A stretch of 64,000 nt of DNA, from contig CM022678.1 in NCBI GenBank assembly GCA_012295275.1, positions 9,610,001 to 9,674,000 on the forward strand, in the 5' to 3' direction. The notes beneath the pieces were generated by a model. The model did not search any database. It saw only the letters and a list, made by a program, of their open reading frames with translations, and had not been told where the DNA came from. Made by a program: the position numbers and the translations under genes. Numbering within the stretch: the first letter of the stretch is position 1; the number at the start of each line of letters is the position of its first letter. Shown in pieces: positions 1-14,037 of this stretch. The stretch comes from Chrysomallon squamiferum. Taxonomy: Eukaryota; Animalia; Mollusca.

Positions 1-1639
1 AATGAGTGAGAAAAATAAAAACATTCAGACAATACATGATAGGGAAAATGATGATTATTTCAAAGTGTATTTCAAACAGTGGTGAAAAATATGACATTAA
101 TTCTTATGATACAAATTTGAAAAGAAGATGAATATGATTGATCATAGAAATCATTGATTTCTTGTTTAAAATAAACAAACAAAAGTTTTATAATAAAAAG
201 TGTTCATTGCAAGGAAGATTTGTTTATTTGTTTTATATTATTATTATTTTCAAAATATATTTCTTGTTTCGTGTTTTTAACAGTTTTTTTTTTTTTTTTT
301 TTTAAAGAATAATCTACTTAATCACATAACCCAAATATAAAATACCAAGACTTGTGGTAAAGATTTACCCAATAAAAGTATGTTAATAAAATATAAAATG
401 GAAGGAAATGTGTAAACCTACATATGCATGTATTTGAAAGATAATCTCAGAAATTAGAAATTTACTTAATTAGTATTTTGCAGGTTACTTTGTCTGTCAA
501 ATTATATATTAATTTAAAACATTTTTTGTAAACAAATGTGTTTGTATTCTTTTTTATTTCATGTTGTATATTTTATTAATATAGTTTTACTGGATAAATC
601 AGAAATTCTATATTTTTTAGAAGTTTTTCTAAAATTATATATGCCATATGAAAAACTATTTTTGTTGAAATAAATATTACAAATTATTTAGTTTTCAATT
701 ATAATATTTCAGCTAGCATTATCAAACTGGAGTAACAAATTCCTATTGATGAGGATAATTTTTATTTATATTTTTGGACATATTAACCAAATCAGGTACT
801 TAATAATCATAGTTTCTTCTGTTACAATTATATTAAGTAAATTTATTTGAATGGATAAATTCATAGGTATTTTAATTAGAAGGTCTATAAGATAATTTGA
901 ATTTTCCGTTTCTGAAATGTGTTGTAACAGAAAATAAAAATAAAAATAAAAGTCTAGTTTAAACTGTTAGAAAATTAAATAATTTAATCTTATCCATGTC
1001 TATTTATAGTTTCACCTGCAGATGTATAAAAGCTGCAAATCCTCTCAACAAGTAAATAAAATGATGTAATTTTATCTTGTATGTGTTCATAACTTGGAAT
1101 CACACCTGTAGGTACCACTAAGAACTACATCGATCATTCTGAGATCAAGTATGAATAAAGTAACGTTGGATCTTGTTTATAGTAATATGGAATATAGTTG
1201 ATTTGGGATACAGTATTTGTGGATATGGTAGATATAGAATATAGTAGTTTTGGATATAGGAGATACAGTGCAGCAGATAATATACTACAACAGTTCATTT
1301 AAATGAATGTGTTCATATTTGAAAGTATTGTATTATTTATTTTTGTTTCTTTATTTATTTGACTATTTTATAATTTGACTGTTATAATTATCACATCAAA
1401 ATTATCATTATTATCAAAACATACCAGAGACATTGCAAATAAATAAATAAAAATGTTAATGTGAACACACACACCCTAAACACACACAGACTTAAATATG
1501 TGTCCAACAGTCTATTCAGCTGTATTGCAAATATTTCTGTTTACACAGTGGATTTCATGAAAATTCTCATTTTAATTTCACTTTTAAGTTCAGTAAGAGT
1601 GGAATATGTTTACGTAACTGTGGCATTAAGAATTCAATA

Positions 1640-2120
1640 AGAAAACGCAAAATGTGCGTCTTATGTATTATAACATTGTGGTTCTAATAAGTGTTGTTTA
1701 TTTTATAATCCTTCTGTAGGGGAGATAACTCTGGAGGGTGTAGTTAGCGTGTACAACAGAGGTGGGCTAGAAAAACGAGAACAAACGGTGGCCTGTGTTA
1801 ATTTGTCAGTGTGAAGTGTGACGGGCTTCGTTTTACTCGCTTCTCTTTTGTTTTTGTGGTTTTTGCTGTTGCTCTATTTTTCTTTTTTTTAATAAAATTC
1901 GGCGGAAATCTGTTAAGTATTTTAGATATTTAATTGTCTGTTGTAGTAAATTGCAGTCATTTTTTAAGAAGTGATTCTATTTAAATTGTTCTTTTCTTCT
2001 GCAAGTTACTCTCGAAATCAGAATTAGCGTTTTGATAGCTGGACGGGATTTCGAATCAGTTCCGTTACAAAAGATCCGGACTAATAAAAGACGAGTCCAT
2101 TACATAATTTAAAAACTGAA
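1640..2120. promoter_or_regulatory. Locally CpG-enriched, promoter-like island
   Basis: CpGs cluster here in otherwise CpG-poor DNA. Motifs: GGGAGATAACTC 1720-1731, GGCGGAAAT 1901-1909, TTTCGAA 2049-2055, CCGTTA 2062-2067. Function is inferred only. Confidence 0.3.
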
Positions 2121-2354
2121 TCAATGTTTTATGTCTAACAGGCTTGAAGAAAGTCACTGATGAGATTATTAAATTTAGTTCATAATCTATTACCAGCTAC
2201 TCCACAATTTCTTTTTATTCCACTCAGTTCTCGAAAAAAGTTAAATAGCAGGAAGAAATATTTATATATATATATATATATTTTTTAACTACAAAGGCAT
2301 TTGTTAAATTTTAATTTTAAAAATTTTAAATTTCTTCAAGCTCTCTACAAACAA

Positions 2355-2418
<64 letters not shown>

Positions 2419-2774
2419 CAAAAAAAAAAAGCGAAGTAGTAAATATTTTATTTCGCTGAGCGGTATCTACCGAACTGTAGTTGAGTTATACCTCTTTGAT
2501 ATGTTGTTGTTGTTGTTGTGTTTGGATTTGTATCCCTCCCTGTGAGTTTGTTTGTTGTTATTGTTTTTTTTTTTTTTTTTAAATTTAACATAAATAATAT
2601 ATGTCTGTAAATATTACATAGACCATTTGTCCTTATTTATTTATTTCCTGGAGAATAAAGATGGAGTACTTACGTATGTGTTTTGTCGCAGTTATATACA
2701 AAATGGGATTTTGATTATTCATTGTTATAACATGCGTACAACAATCCTGTACAACTTAACATAATGTAATGTAA

Positions 2775-3120
2775 TACAATATAATATAATATAATATATG
2801 GAAACATAAAAACAGAATAGAAGTTTCACATTAACTTCCGGTTTTTTCTTGTAAAAATTATAAAAGCGCACTTTCCAAAAATAGATCTGGGAATTTCCAA
2901 ATGATATTCGAGACTGGACATTTTCTGTGTGAGTAGACTATACAAACGAGTTTTATCACTGCTGAAGAAAAATCTGAAAAAGAACAAAATTCACTTAGAG
3001 AGACCGTAACATATTTATTTATTTATTTATTTATTTATTTATTCTTATGTTAATTGATTTATCTTGTCTACATATTTGTTTGAAAAGCGTGCACTATCTC
3101 TTTTCGATTTTTGTCTTAAT
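2775..3120 (+). repeat. Dispersed duplicated segment, paralogous to about 34945-35330
   Basis: The core ttttctgtgtgagtagactata(c/t)aaacgagttttatcactgctg(a/g)agaaaa and alignable flanks occur at both sites in the same orientation. Confidence 0.85.
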
Positions 3121-5322
3121 AATAGTATTACTTCTATTACTTCTACTACCAAATAATAATAAAAATAATAATAATTGTTTGATTACATTGGACTGTGTAC
3201 AAGTTGATTTTAGATTTTAGATTCTTTGAAATAACTACTTTACAAAATAACAGAATAGTTTAGGTGTGTGTGTGTGTGTGTGTTTATGTATGTGTGTGAG
3301 AGCAAGAGAGAGAGAGAGATGACAAAACACACACACATAGATTGACAGCAGCATATACATGTAGATGATGGATAGATAAACAGAACTGACAATGAGATGG
3401 GTAGAGGTTGGTGTGCTTTGTTGTGTTGAGACAGAAAGGATGATAGAAATATGTACAAATATACAACTGAGAGATTCTCATGTAGACAGGCAGGTTTATA
3501 GAAAGAGATTTTTATTGGACTTTTGAAACCAGATTTAAAAATGTATTTCAAAATGACAGTAAATTTAGGAATAAATGACACTGCATGGATACTGAAATAT
3601 TTTTAATATTTTAATATATTGAATTGTAAAAAGAAATTACCTTGAAAGACTGAGTATATTGAAAATATATTTAGTATTCTTAGCTTTTAGGAATTATTTC
3701 ACTATTAATATATCATTGATAATCCAAACTTACTAACACTTTATTACTCATACAAATATGCCTATCAGCTTAGCTCTCTATATATCTCTGTATCTGTCTG
3801 TATGCCTGTTATCTTATGTCTTCCTCTCTGTCAGTCTATCTCACATATGTTTAGTTTTGAAAAATGTACATTCACTTTAGTGTGAACACTGTCAGTGTAT
3901 ATTAACAGATAGTCACATTTTGTTGGATTGTTCTTATTTACAATCATCTTAACATCAGCTTTTTCAAACTGTGGGCTTATCTTGATTCTTTTATCACTTT
4001 ATTCTGTATACATAATGAACTGCTTCTAAGTTAGTTCTCATTAGACATGGATTTCACTCAACATGCAATGTTGTTTATGCACATCAGTATTCACAGAACT
4101 CACTGAAAACTTACATGAAGCATTTAATAAAGATCAGTAACTCACTGTACATCTAATTGAAACGTAGAATATTTATTTGTCGAAACAGATTATTTTTTTG
4201 TTCTTATTACCATTACCTTTTAATTTAATTTATTTTATAATGTTGTTTTAAATCTTTTTTATTAACTATTTACACTTTTTAAAAGGTAAATATTTGTCAT
4301 TTTATTTTAAAGAGTAATTAGTGATATTTAGATGTTGTTAAAGGTACAAATAGTGAGAGCCAGTATGTGAGATACTGATTGGTCTTCACAGACATCTTAT
4401 AAAGTACACACAAACACACTCTATGGTGTCACACAGTTAGAACTAAATGTTTTATATATCAATATATCATCCTGCATCAATCACATTTCTGCCCATCCAA
4501 CTACACTTGCTTCTATTCATTTATTCTTTCAATCATCCAGCATTTATCAAATCCAGTGAGTTATTCTATTTGGATATTATGTGAATGTATCATTCCTCCC
4601 TATCTCTAACCAGGCTAACCATTTTACTTCATCCATTCATATCTCTTATTCATCATCCATCCATCTTTCAATCCTATACTTCCACACATATACATGAATC
4701 CAGTGATTAATCTAAGCAGAAAGAATCAATTTTTTTTCACAACTATCACATCAAGGTGAAACTTTCAGTTTGTCACAAATGTTGTCACCTTGTGATTGAA
4801 ACAGACTCCTGCACTGTCCAGTCTGCTTATTTGTATCAAAAATAAATAAATAAATAAATAAATAAATAAATGTATAAACAAATAAATAAATAAAGAAAAA
4901 TAAATAAATAAATACACATACATACACACACATTCATACACAGACATACATACACATACATACACACATACATACATACACACACATACATACACACATA
5001 CATTGTCACATATTCATAGACAGACGTATACTTACCAACAATAACTTGTATATACATATAATATGCAACAGACTAACACACACACCCACGTACACACACA
5101 CACACAAACTGTAGTTGACATATATCATTCACTGAGAGTATCACAGACACTCTGTGTATTTCTTCTTTCTGATTAACATACCATCTCTTTCCATGTCTCT
5201 TTAAATTCCTGTCTTTTACAGTCAATTTTTGTATTACTTGCATACTACTGCTTTTCAGCCACAATGTAACTTTGTTATCTTAAGTCTGAAACCAGTTACA
5301 CCCTTTTATATAAATATAAATA

Positions 5323-5376
<54 letters not shown>

Positions 5377-5736
5377 TCACACAAAAAGACACAAATGCAC
5401 ATAACACTCACAAAGACAATGGATGTTTAAAAAGATAGATAAATGAAAGGATAAATGAATAGTCACATAATAAAATATTACATTAATGACTTTTATTCTC
5501 AGATGATCTCTACAGACTACAAACTAGTCAGTGTTTCAGTGTAAACTAACACTGCATGTCTCTCTATACACCGACTTAAACTACTAAGTCAAAGGTTACC
5601 ATTCTACCTCTTGTTATCAATATAGCATTACCTCAAGTCTTTAATATTCTTAATAAAAAAAAGGCTTTTAATCTGGAAACCCTTTCTGTATTCTTTCTAT
5701 TGATACTCACTACTCCTAGTCAAAGACTGTCATTAC

Positions 5737-5787
<51 letters not shown>

Positions 5788-6369
5788 GTTTTTTTTGATA
5801 TACAGGAAATTGCCCTGCCCTGCAACTATTTTTATGAATTACTGTAACTTTTCTTAGAATTCTAAGTTTTCCAGATTAGTTCCAAAACAGAAAATTGAAG
5901 CTGATTTCCAATGAAGAAAAAATATATTTCTTTTTAAATTTCAAATCATATTAAATCACAAAATAGAAATAAAAGAGAATAATTAAGGTATGTTTCTTCA
6001 ACTTTTCTCTGTGATTTGAACAATTAGGAATTAAAATGTGACTGGAATTTAACAAATAGTTACAAAGTAAACATTTTTTATATAATTGTTATTATTTCTA
6101 AAATATTTAAATAATTCTCATTGTTACTGGAATAAAAATATAACAAAAAATGTATCATTAAGTCCCATTCAAAAGAAAAAAGAGAAAGAACACTGAAATA
6201 ATTTACTTTTATAAAAATAAAATACAAGCAGAATAATTTTTGATAAAATGATGATAAAATGAGAAATACAGATATTTACAATCAGACATAGTATTTTCAT
6301 GTATATCTTCAAATGACTATCATAAATGACTTTATGTCCAAAAAAATTGGTTTTTTTTTTGTTATAAAT

Positions 6370-6730
6370 AAATTTTAATTCTCCCTAATTAGATAATTTT
6401 AAATATATTTATACAATGATTACTCCAACAACCCTTGATTACCCTGATTTAAATATGATAAGGAAAAAAGCTGTTGTTTTTGTTTTGTTCTTTTTATAAA
6501 AAATTCTAATTACCCATAATTACATAATTCTAAATATATTAAACTCTTGAATTTTCCCCGATTTAAATAATATAACAAAGAAAGTTAAAATAAATGTTTT
6601 TTCGTTTAATTTTTAAAATTTTCTTTTTTAATAAAAAATTATAATTACCCTAATTACATCATTTTAAATATATTTACATTGATTATCCCAGCAAACCCTT
6701 CATTTTCCCCGATTTAAATAATACAAAAAT
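6370..6730. repeat. Degenerate tandem repeat, about 130-bp unit, about 3 copies
   Basis: The pattern taattaccctaattacat...aaatatatt...cccttga..tt(t)cccgatttaaata recurs near 6375, 6505 and 6640. Confidence 0.7.
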
Positions 6731-8312
6731 TTGATGATTAAAAAATTTAACACCTCTATGCACTATCACATTAATTTTAGGTTATTTAGAAAAATGGCAT
6801 TCCATAGCAGTGATGAATCTCTATTCCTCTTTCAGTGATAAAACTTAGAATAACCAAGCACACATCAATGATAAAAACAGTGCAAGCTGCTATGAAGTAC
6901 AATGTGTACACTGGATGTTCTGATAATATTGACAATGCAGTCTCTTGGAGATCACTGAGGTTTCAAAATTCAAATTAGATTGATTTTATGATCTTACAGA
7001 TTTTCTCTTGAAAGTGTTCAGCTTTCTCTGGACAGGGAAGACTGTGAAGTAATAGCATTCTGGTGCTCTAGTTAATCTTTTCTGAAAATGGGTCTTACAG
7101 CGTTTTCAAGTGAAGTGCTGGCTGAGGCAGCTTGATTCTGTTGTCTAGGATCCTACAACAAAATATAATATTCATTAATAAACTAAACATAAAATAAAGT
7201 ACAAGTAGTATTTTTGTTGTCAGCTCTAACTGCATTTCACTGTCTTAGCAAGAAGAGTTTTATTTTTTCCATACAATATTAATAATAAAAATAATTTATT
7301 GAATATATTTAAATTCTTAATTTCAATCAGTTTAATATTATTTTTTAACTTTGATATAGAAGGATTAAAACAGCAATACATCAGCAAAAGAGATTATGAA
7401 AAACATGTTTTAATATATTTGAATAATTATGTAACTTGGTAAAATTTGATATTTACTCTATGCTTTAGTCCAGTTTAAGATGACTGCCAGGAATATTAAG
7501 TAAATAAACATTTTAAACATATATAGTATTACATCAGACAGAAGGAAAATGGTTTTCTAATTCGGATTCTACTTGAAATACTAATATACTAACATGATGA
7601 AAATACATTTGAGATTATTCTGAAAATCTTTAATTAACGTTATCAATCGTTATAGTTACATCATTAATAACAAATTATTTTATTAACTAAAACATTTAAT
7701 TGTAGTATTCTTTCCTGCCACTTTTGTGTAATTTAATTTTTGCCATTAATGAAATATATTTTGTCTTATAAATAAACCACAATTATCCTATGAATTCAGG
7801 TAATAGTTACATTAATGATCAGTAAGGTATATTTTAAAATGTATTTAAAACAAAGATAACATTACACATGCATGTGATAAAATAAAAAAAGAAGATAAAT
7901 CTTTCAAGCCAATTTATGCATCTGTACAACCTTTCAGATCCACCAAAATTCCATCCGTTATACTAAATTTCAAAATACTGTAAATATCTTTAGCGCTACC
8001 AAATGAAGTAATAAATGTTTGTATTTCAGTTTAGAGTGAGATATTTATAACAGAAAATTACAAATTTATGCAAATGTTCTGTTCACTACTCTATTAGGCT
8101 GGCATGCAAATTATTACAAGGTTTACACTGATTCTACACTATTAATTTTCAGTGCATCAGTTTACAAAAACACAAATACATTATATTTTCATGTATGATG
8201 CTTAATTCAGTATAAGAAAAAATATTTTGCATAAAACTTTGTGAAAGACTGAGGAAATATTTAAATGTGAAATAAAATGGAAAAGTTCACAATGAATAAT
8301 GTATTTAAATAC

Positions 8313-8441
8313 CTGCTGGACAACACCAAATACTTCAACTCTACTGGAAACAAGCTGCTTTTTGTTCCAAAATGTCAATCTCAGTCTGTATTTATGAACA
8401 GTTTCTTGAATAGTTTTATCCTTAACAAGCTCATTTGTTTT
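8313..8441 (-). pseudogene. LRMP: IRAG/LRMP coiled-coil exon 2
   Basis: Ends LVSSRVEVFGVVQQ, matching the family RV(A/S)SRAE..GA..Q. The middle reads QTEIDILEQK in a shifted frame (compensating frameshifts). Confidence 0.8.
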
Positions 8442-8702
8442 CTGAAAATAAAGTTTAAATTCACAGTTCAGTATATAAATATATGTGATGAAAGTTCTGA
8501 ATGACATTCAGTAAATATTGACATTTCCTTGTCAAATTATTTACTGAAACATAATCTAAAGCTAGAGAGATAACAACTATGTCTAAAATAAAGATAATTT
8601 GATTCACATTATTAAAGCTAAAGTTGAATTTTTTAATACAGAAACACTGTCAATAAAATTAATATAGATCTGTTTTTCTTTAACAACTGCTTTCACACAT
8701 AC

Positions 8703-8836
8703 CTCAACATCATTCCTTACAGTTCTTGGTCCATGTTCTTTTTAGCAATGTCCGAAGACCTTTCTTGAATCTCTTTTCTCTGCTCTAGAGTTAATTTGTC
8801 CATCTTGAAGGCCAGAGATAGACTCAGGAATTTAGT
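8703..8836 (-). pseudogene. LRMP: IRAG/LRMP coiled-coil exon 1
   Basis: Translates TKFLSLSLAFKMDKLTLEQRKEIQERSSDIAKKNMDQEL*, matching the recalled family pattern F..LSL(A/G)F..D..TLE.R....ER.RD.AE.N...E. Contains an internal stop; donor gtatgt. Confidence 0.85.
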
Positions 8837-11800
8837 CTGTTTAAAATACACCATAATATATAAATACAATCAAAAGCTAATGTAAAGACATTAAACTGAC
8901 ATTATATTGAAAATAAGAAAGTATGTTAATAAAATAATAAGCAGACATTTTATTAGTTTTGACATCATTTTGTAAACAGGAAACAAGCATGACCTGCTGA
9001 CTCAAACACAGTGCAAACATAATTACTCATTTCAGACTCTAACCAAAAAACCCCAGACAGAAATGCATTTAACACCACCTTCAAAAATAAAGTTAGACAG
9101 AATGAGATACTGACCAATGAGTATTTCAAATAAAGGTATAACCAGACTTGCTAATCTTAATTCATTGTCCAAAATCCCACAATAAAGGACAATTCATTAT
9201 TTATGAGGACTGTTACTGAATCACACCAGTTTGTACAAATGGGAAGAACATAGCAGAATGAAACAAAAAATAGTTTACAGTAACACATGATAACTACATC
9301 AAAACAGACATGAATGCTTTCCAGTCCTGATAACAACATGTTAATGTCATTCTGCATCAGGTTGCTGAATTCATTTTGATTACGTATTGCATATTGCAAA
9401 GATCAAGAGAATTACAATTAATTACAACTATTTAATTGCTAACATTTTAAAATATGATGATATAATTGATTCAAACCACAAAAAAGTCCTTTATACCTAC
9501 AGATCTTTTTGTGCTATTTAAAAAAATATATATATATTTTTTATAACATTAAATGACAGCTGAATAAATTCATAAAAACAACAATATCTGTGAATATTAA
9601 CTTGATCACTATGCATGTGGAAGATACATTTTTTAGGAATATCATTGAGTTTTTATAAAACAGAATAAAAAAATGAAGTGCTGATTTAGACAGCTTTTTG
9701 CATTATTTTAATTATTATTATTGTTGTTGTTGTGGTAGTGGTGGTTGTTGCTATTATATATTTTCAAATAATTTATTTAAAATGCTATTTTAGCTGATAA
9801 AGAAAAAAGCAAACAAAAAAACATTAATATCCCTTCCCTCAATAATATAAATTAATTTTTTTTTTTTTTAATTTCCAGCAAACTGCGTAAGTATATAAAC
9901 TACTTACCTGAAAGGTCTTCCTGTGTCTTTAAACCCAAGCTGGTCAAGAAAACCCCTGAAATGCTGGACATCACAGGATCCAAACTTTGTGCTGGTGGTA
10001 TGATAGCTATATTTAAACAACTATCTTGTTTCATGTATGAGTCACTGTTTCCTACTATTTGTTCAAGATCAGGCAATTTCGTGGATTTTGTACAGTCCCC
10101 TTGTTTTAGCCAGATTTATCTAAATATACAAATATAAAAAGAAAAATTAATAAAATAAAAATAAAATAACAATAAATAAAAAATCTAAATCTTAATCTAC
10201 ATTATTTAAATGACTGGGTTTTTTTCCAATTGCAGCCCAGGAGCATATGATTAATTTGCACAATAAAATCTTTGGGAAGAAAAATTTCAGACATGGAAAA
10301 TTATTATAAATTATCAATGAATTATACTTTAACAATGTTTTAATACTGACTTTATTTATCTGGATATGATGGTAACATTCAAGAAGCAGCAAAAATAACT
10401 TTAAAAAAAAACTAAATCCTTTGTCTGAGCAAACCTTACAATTAATGGCCACTGGCCATTACAAGCCCTGCATTCATATTACACACGTACTTAAACACAT
10501 TACTCTTATTTATTATTATAAAAAATGTTGATACCACTTACTTTAGAACAGTTCTGTGTTTTAGTGCCTTCCTCTGACTGTCTAGTAACTGTATCAGATG
10601 AATTTGTCATCTTCAGTATTTTTCTCTCAAAATCACCTGCAAAACCAGAAAGAGATTTAAAATTGTGATAGAATTATATCTCATAGGGAAAAAACAAAAA
10701 CCAATTTATAAATAAAAATTAATGAAAGGCTTTTAATCCCATATCTGCACTAATTACTTCTGCTAGTTAGATTCTTCAGTAGAATAAAGGTCAGATCTAC
10801 AGCTATTAATTTAAATGTTATGATAAACATGCACAGAAGTCTTGAATGCCAGTATTTAAAAAAAATAATAATATAAATAAATTAAATATTAAAAATAAAA
10901 TTAAAAATTAAATATAAATAAAAAGATACAAAGATAAAAAAGATAAAAGAGATAAGAGTGAAGATAAATAAAAATTCACAAATTTAAAGTGAAGTAAATC
11001 AACATTAAAACAAAAATCATTGCATAATGCATTACAGAATTGTTAAAAATATTAAACTTGTTTAACAAATCCTGAAAGATAAAAAAAAAACATGCAAATT
11101 TAAAGTAATAGAAAATCAAAACTTCTATCTTAAAGCTTGTAATTTGAAACTTTTATTCGCAGTTGTAAAATTACTTAATGTAAACAATAAACAAATAAAG
11201 TATTTTCTAATAATCTAACAAACTGAAGAGGCAACATTTCACTGTAAATATTATAACCAAACTGATTAAAACAAAAAACAGATGAACACAGAAATTATTT
11301 ATATTTTATTTACAATGAAAATAAATTTCAACTTTACAAACAAACAAATAACAAAACACAAAATTGTAAATACCATATTTATTATAAAAATAATCTTAAT
11401 TTATTGCTATCTAAGCATCATTTCTATGAAATCTATGGAAAAATAAATAAATATATATTCAAAATAGCTAACCTGAAATATATTTTATTTGATATATTTA
11501 TTGAATTATATAAACATAAAACAACTTCAAGTAAGATATAACATAGAAATAAACAAACAAATGATTACATTTTCTTTGATAATTATTATAAAATTACTTT
11601 ATGGTGAAAACTAAAATGTGAGTATGAAAAAGCAGTATTTATTTCCTAATTAAATTTTAATTGTTACTTTCTTAATAAAACAAAATAAGGCAAACAACTG
11701 TTCTTGAGCTTATACTTTGAAGTTATATCACTTGATATTATTAAAATTCTGTATTTGCTGGAATTCTTAAAAACTTTTCATATTTTATTATACCGTAATA

Positions 11801-13255
11801 AAATGTATGGTGACATCAGTTTTAAAAAGATTATTTTGATTATTATTAAGTTTTGCTATGTTTGTGCAAGTCATAACTTTACTTAAAAACTGTTAAGGTT
11901 TATTATGTCAAAAAGTGCAAGAGTTGGTAAAATTTAAAATTTATTTATCAAAAAGACATATATTTCCTTAATTGTTAAAAAAACTCTTAAAACAATAAAT
12001 GGAGTAAGTTAATAATAATAATAGTAATAATAATAATAATAGTGAAAATAAATAAATATATATGTATTGCTAGTTAATATTCTCAGTAACAGTAACGTGT
12101 GAACATAGAAAGTGAACATTTAACAATATTAAAAACAAAGGTGTTTTATTTAACTGATTAAAAAGCTCATTCTGATTTTTATTAAGACCAATAGTAAATA
12201 AATAAATGAAATGTACAACAATTAATGTTTTTACTTTAGTAAAATAAAGAAGGAAAAATGTATATTGATAACCAAACTTACAAAAACATATTTCTTTACA
12301 ATTACTGGCTAATGATCACTTAAAATTAATAAATAAAATAAAAACAAATTTTCACCTATAAAAATAACCCATTAATAATAAATCTTATTACAAACAGTGT
12401 GTTTTTTCATCATCATTCTTATCTATTAATTTTATGTTACTGTGATTACATGTGAAAACATCATAGCAAAACATAATTAAAACTTTACTTACCTTTTCAC
12501 CGCTAACATTTCCTGCATTTTCAGCTGGCTTATTGTCATCCATTCTGAAACACAAATAACACAGTAATAAATCCAGTAAGTCAGCAGGTAATTTAAATAT
12601 TTTGGAAAAACACAAAGAATTACTAAGAAATATATTTAAAATAATTTTAAAAATAATAGTTACAAAAAAAATCATTATTTGCAAATGCAGCTTGGTGATT
12701 TACGGAGTTCACTAACAGGTTTCACACAGCAGTTTGGTCACAAGAAGGGAAGGAACTCTGCCTGTTACACTTACTGTGGAACACTGAAATACAAATTCAC
12801 TACCTAGATTTTATTGTTTTATTTCATGCAGCTGCATACCACCATGATGAAAACGACAAATGAGTTGAGAAAAGAAAACAAAGAAATAAAAGAACACTTA
12901 GCTACCTGGTCAAAGTATTTGTCATTGTGATGTTTATTATGGGTGAAACTCTGCTATTGTCACCTTGACCATCACAGTATGATGACTACTTATCAAGCTG
13001 ACTGTTTCTCATGCAGACTGTATAATCTACATCTATGTATCAATTCATCATCTATCTGTTCATCTGTCAGTGTTTATAGACATTTTTAAAACTTTTTATT
13101 AAAGTTAAAATAAAGCATGGTTATCACTTAACCTGTTCTATAATGAGCTTCTCTTCAAAGTAAATATTTTGAAACCATCTCTCAGTTTCAGTTGTCTGGT
13201 ATACCTTTACCTCCACCCTATTTTCTCTAATACATTTATTTAAAAGGGCACTTAC

Positions 13256-13402
13256 CTGGAAACCCATCCATATTTCTTCATGTCTACTGAGCTTCTTGTT
13301 TACAATAAAAGTTGGTATAACCTTTACACCTCTTCTTTTCAGTATCAGTCTGTGATGTAGATAATAAAACATCTCCTTAATTTCAGGTCTTCTCACTTCT
13401 TC
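13256..13402 (-). pseudogene. Orphan 147-nt exon of an unidentified protein; inverted paralogue at 63291-63436
   Basis: AG/GTAAGT-bounded, open frame EEVRRPEIKEMFYYLHHRLILKRRGVKVIPTFIVNKKLSRHEEIWMGFQ. Flanking intron sequence (about 12965-13420) is also homologous to about 63270-63700, inverted. Confidence 0.7.
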
Positions 13403-13825
13403 CTTTTTAATAGAAAAAAAAGAAGAAGAAGAAATTAATCTTCACTTTTCACTATGGACTGTGCTTTTTATAAAGTTAAAATTGAGATTTAATGTGCTAC
13501 TCTATCAGCTTTCCAAAAACTTAAATAAGGAAAAAGTAATAACACATTATAAAAATTTTTTTTTTTTTGTAAGTTTCACATTAATTATGGACTGTGAAGA
13601 ATGTATATTTTACTCAATTTACTTTTTCACTGTTCATTATAAAATTATTATACTCTTATTATACCCATAATTTTTTTGAAATAAGTTTTTATTTTTTATT
13701 CTAAAAAAAACTGGTTTGGAAAATCAATATTTATATATTTTCCATTGTTAATAATGAAAAATACATAGATTGTTCAGTATTAATTTTCTTATTGAATTTT
13801 TATTTATTTATTTTAAATTTTCTGA

Positions 13826-13868
<43 letters not shown>

Positions 13869-13959
13869 CAATAAATAAATAAAATAAAATTTTAAAAAGT
13901 TTGATTAGTTTAAATTTCTGTTGTTTAAGAAAATGAGAACTGATATAAACACTACAATC

Positions 13960-14004
13960 TTAGCGGTCCTTAGGTCCGAATCGTGAGCGCTACCAATCGT
14001 TTTT

Positions 14005-14037
<33 letters not shown>

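Larger units (their letters stand above)
7072..12543 (-). pseudogene. LRMP: IRAG/LRMP (MRVI1/Jaw1)-family pseudogene fragment with introns
   Basis: GT-AG-bounded exons: 12493-12544 (MDDNKPAENAGNVSGEK), 10542-10636, 9908-10119, 8703-8836, 8313-8441 and 7072-7152. Only 8703-8836 and 8313-8441 are assigned by homology. Exon phases are incompatible, with an in-frame TAA and frameshifts. The symbol is family-level. Confidence 0.75.
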
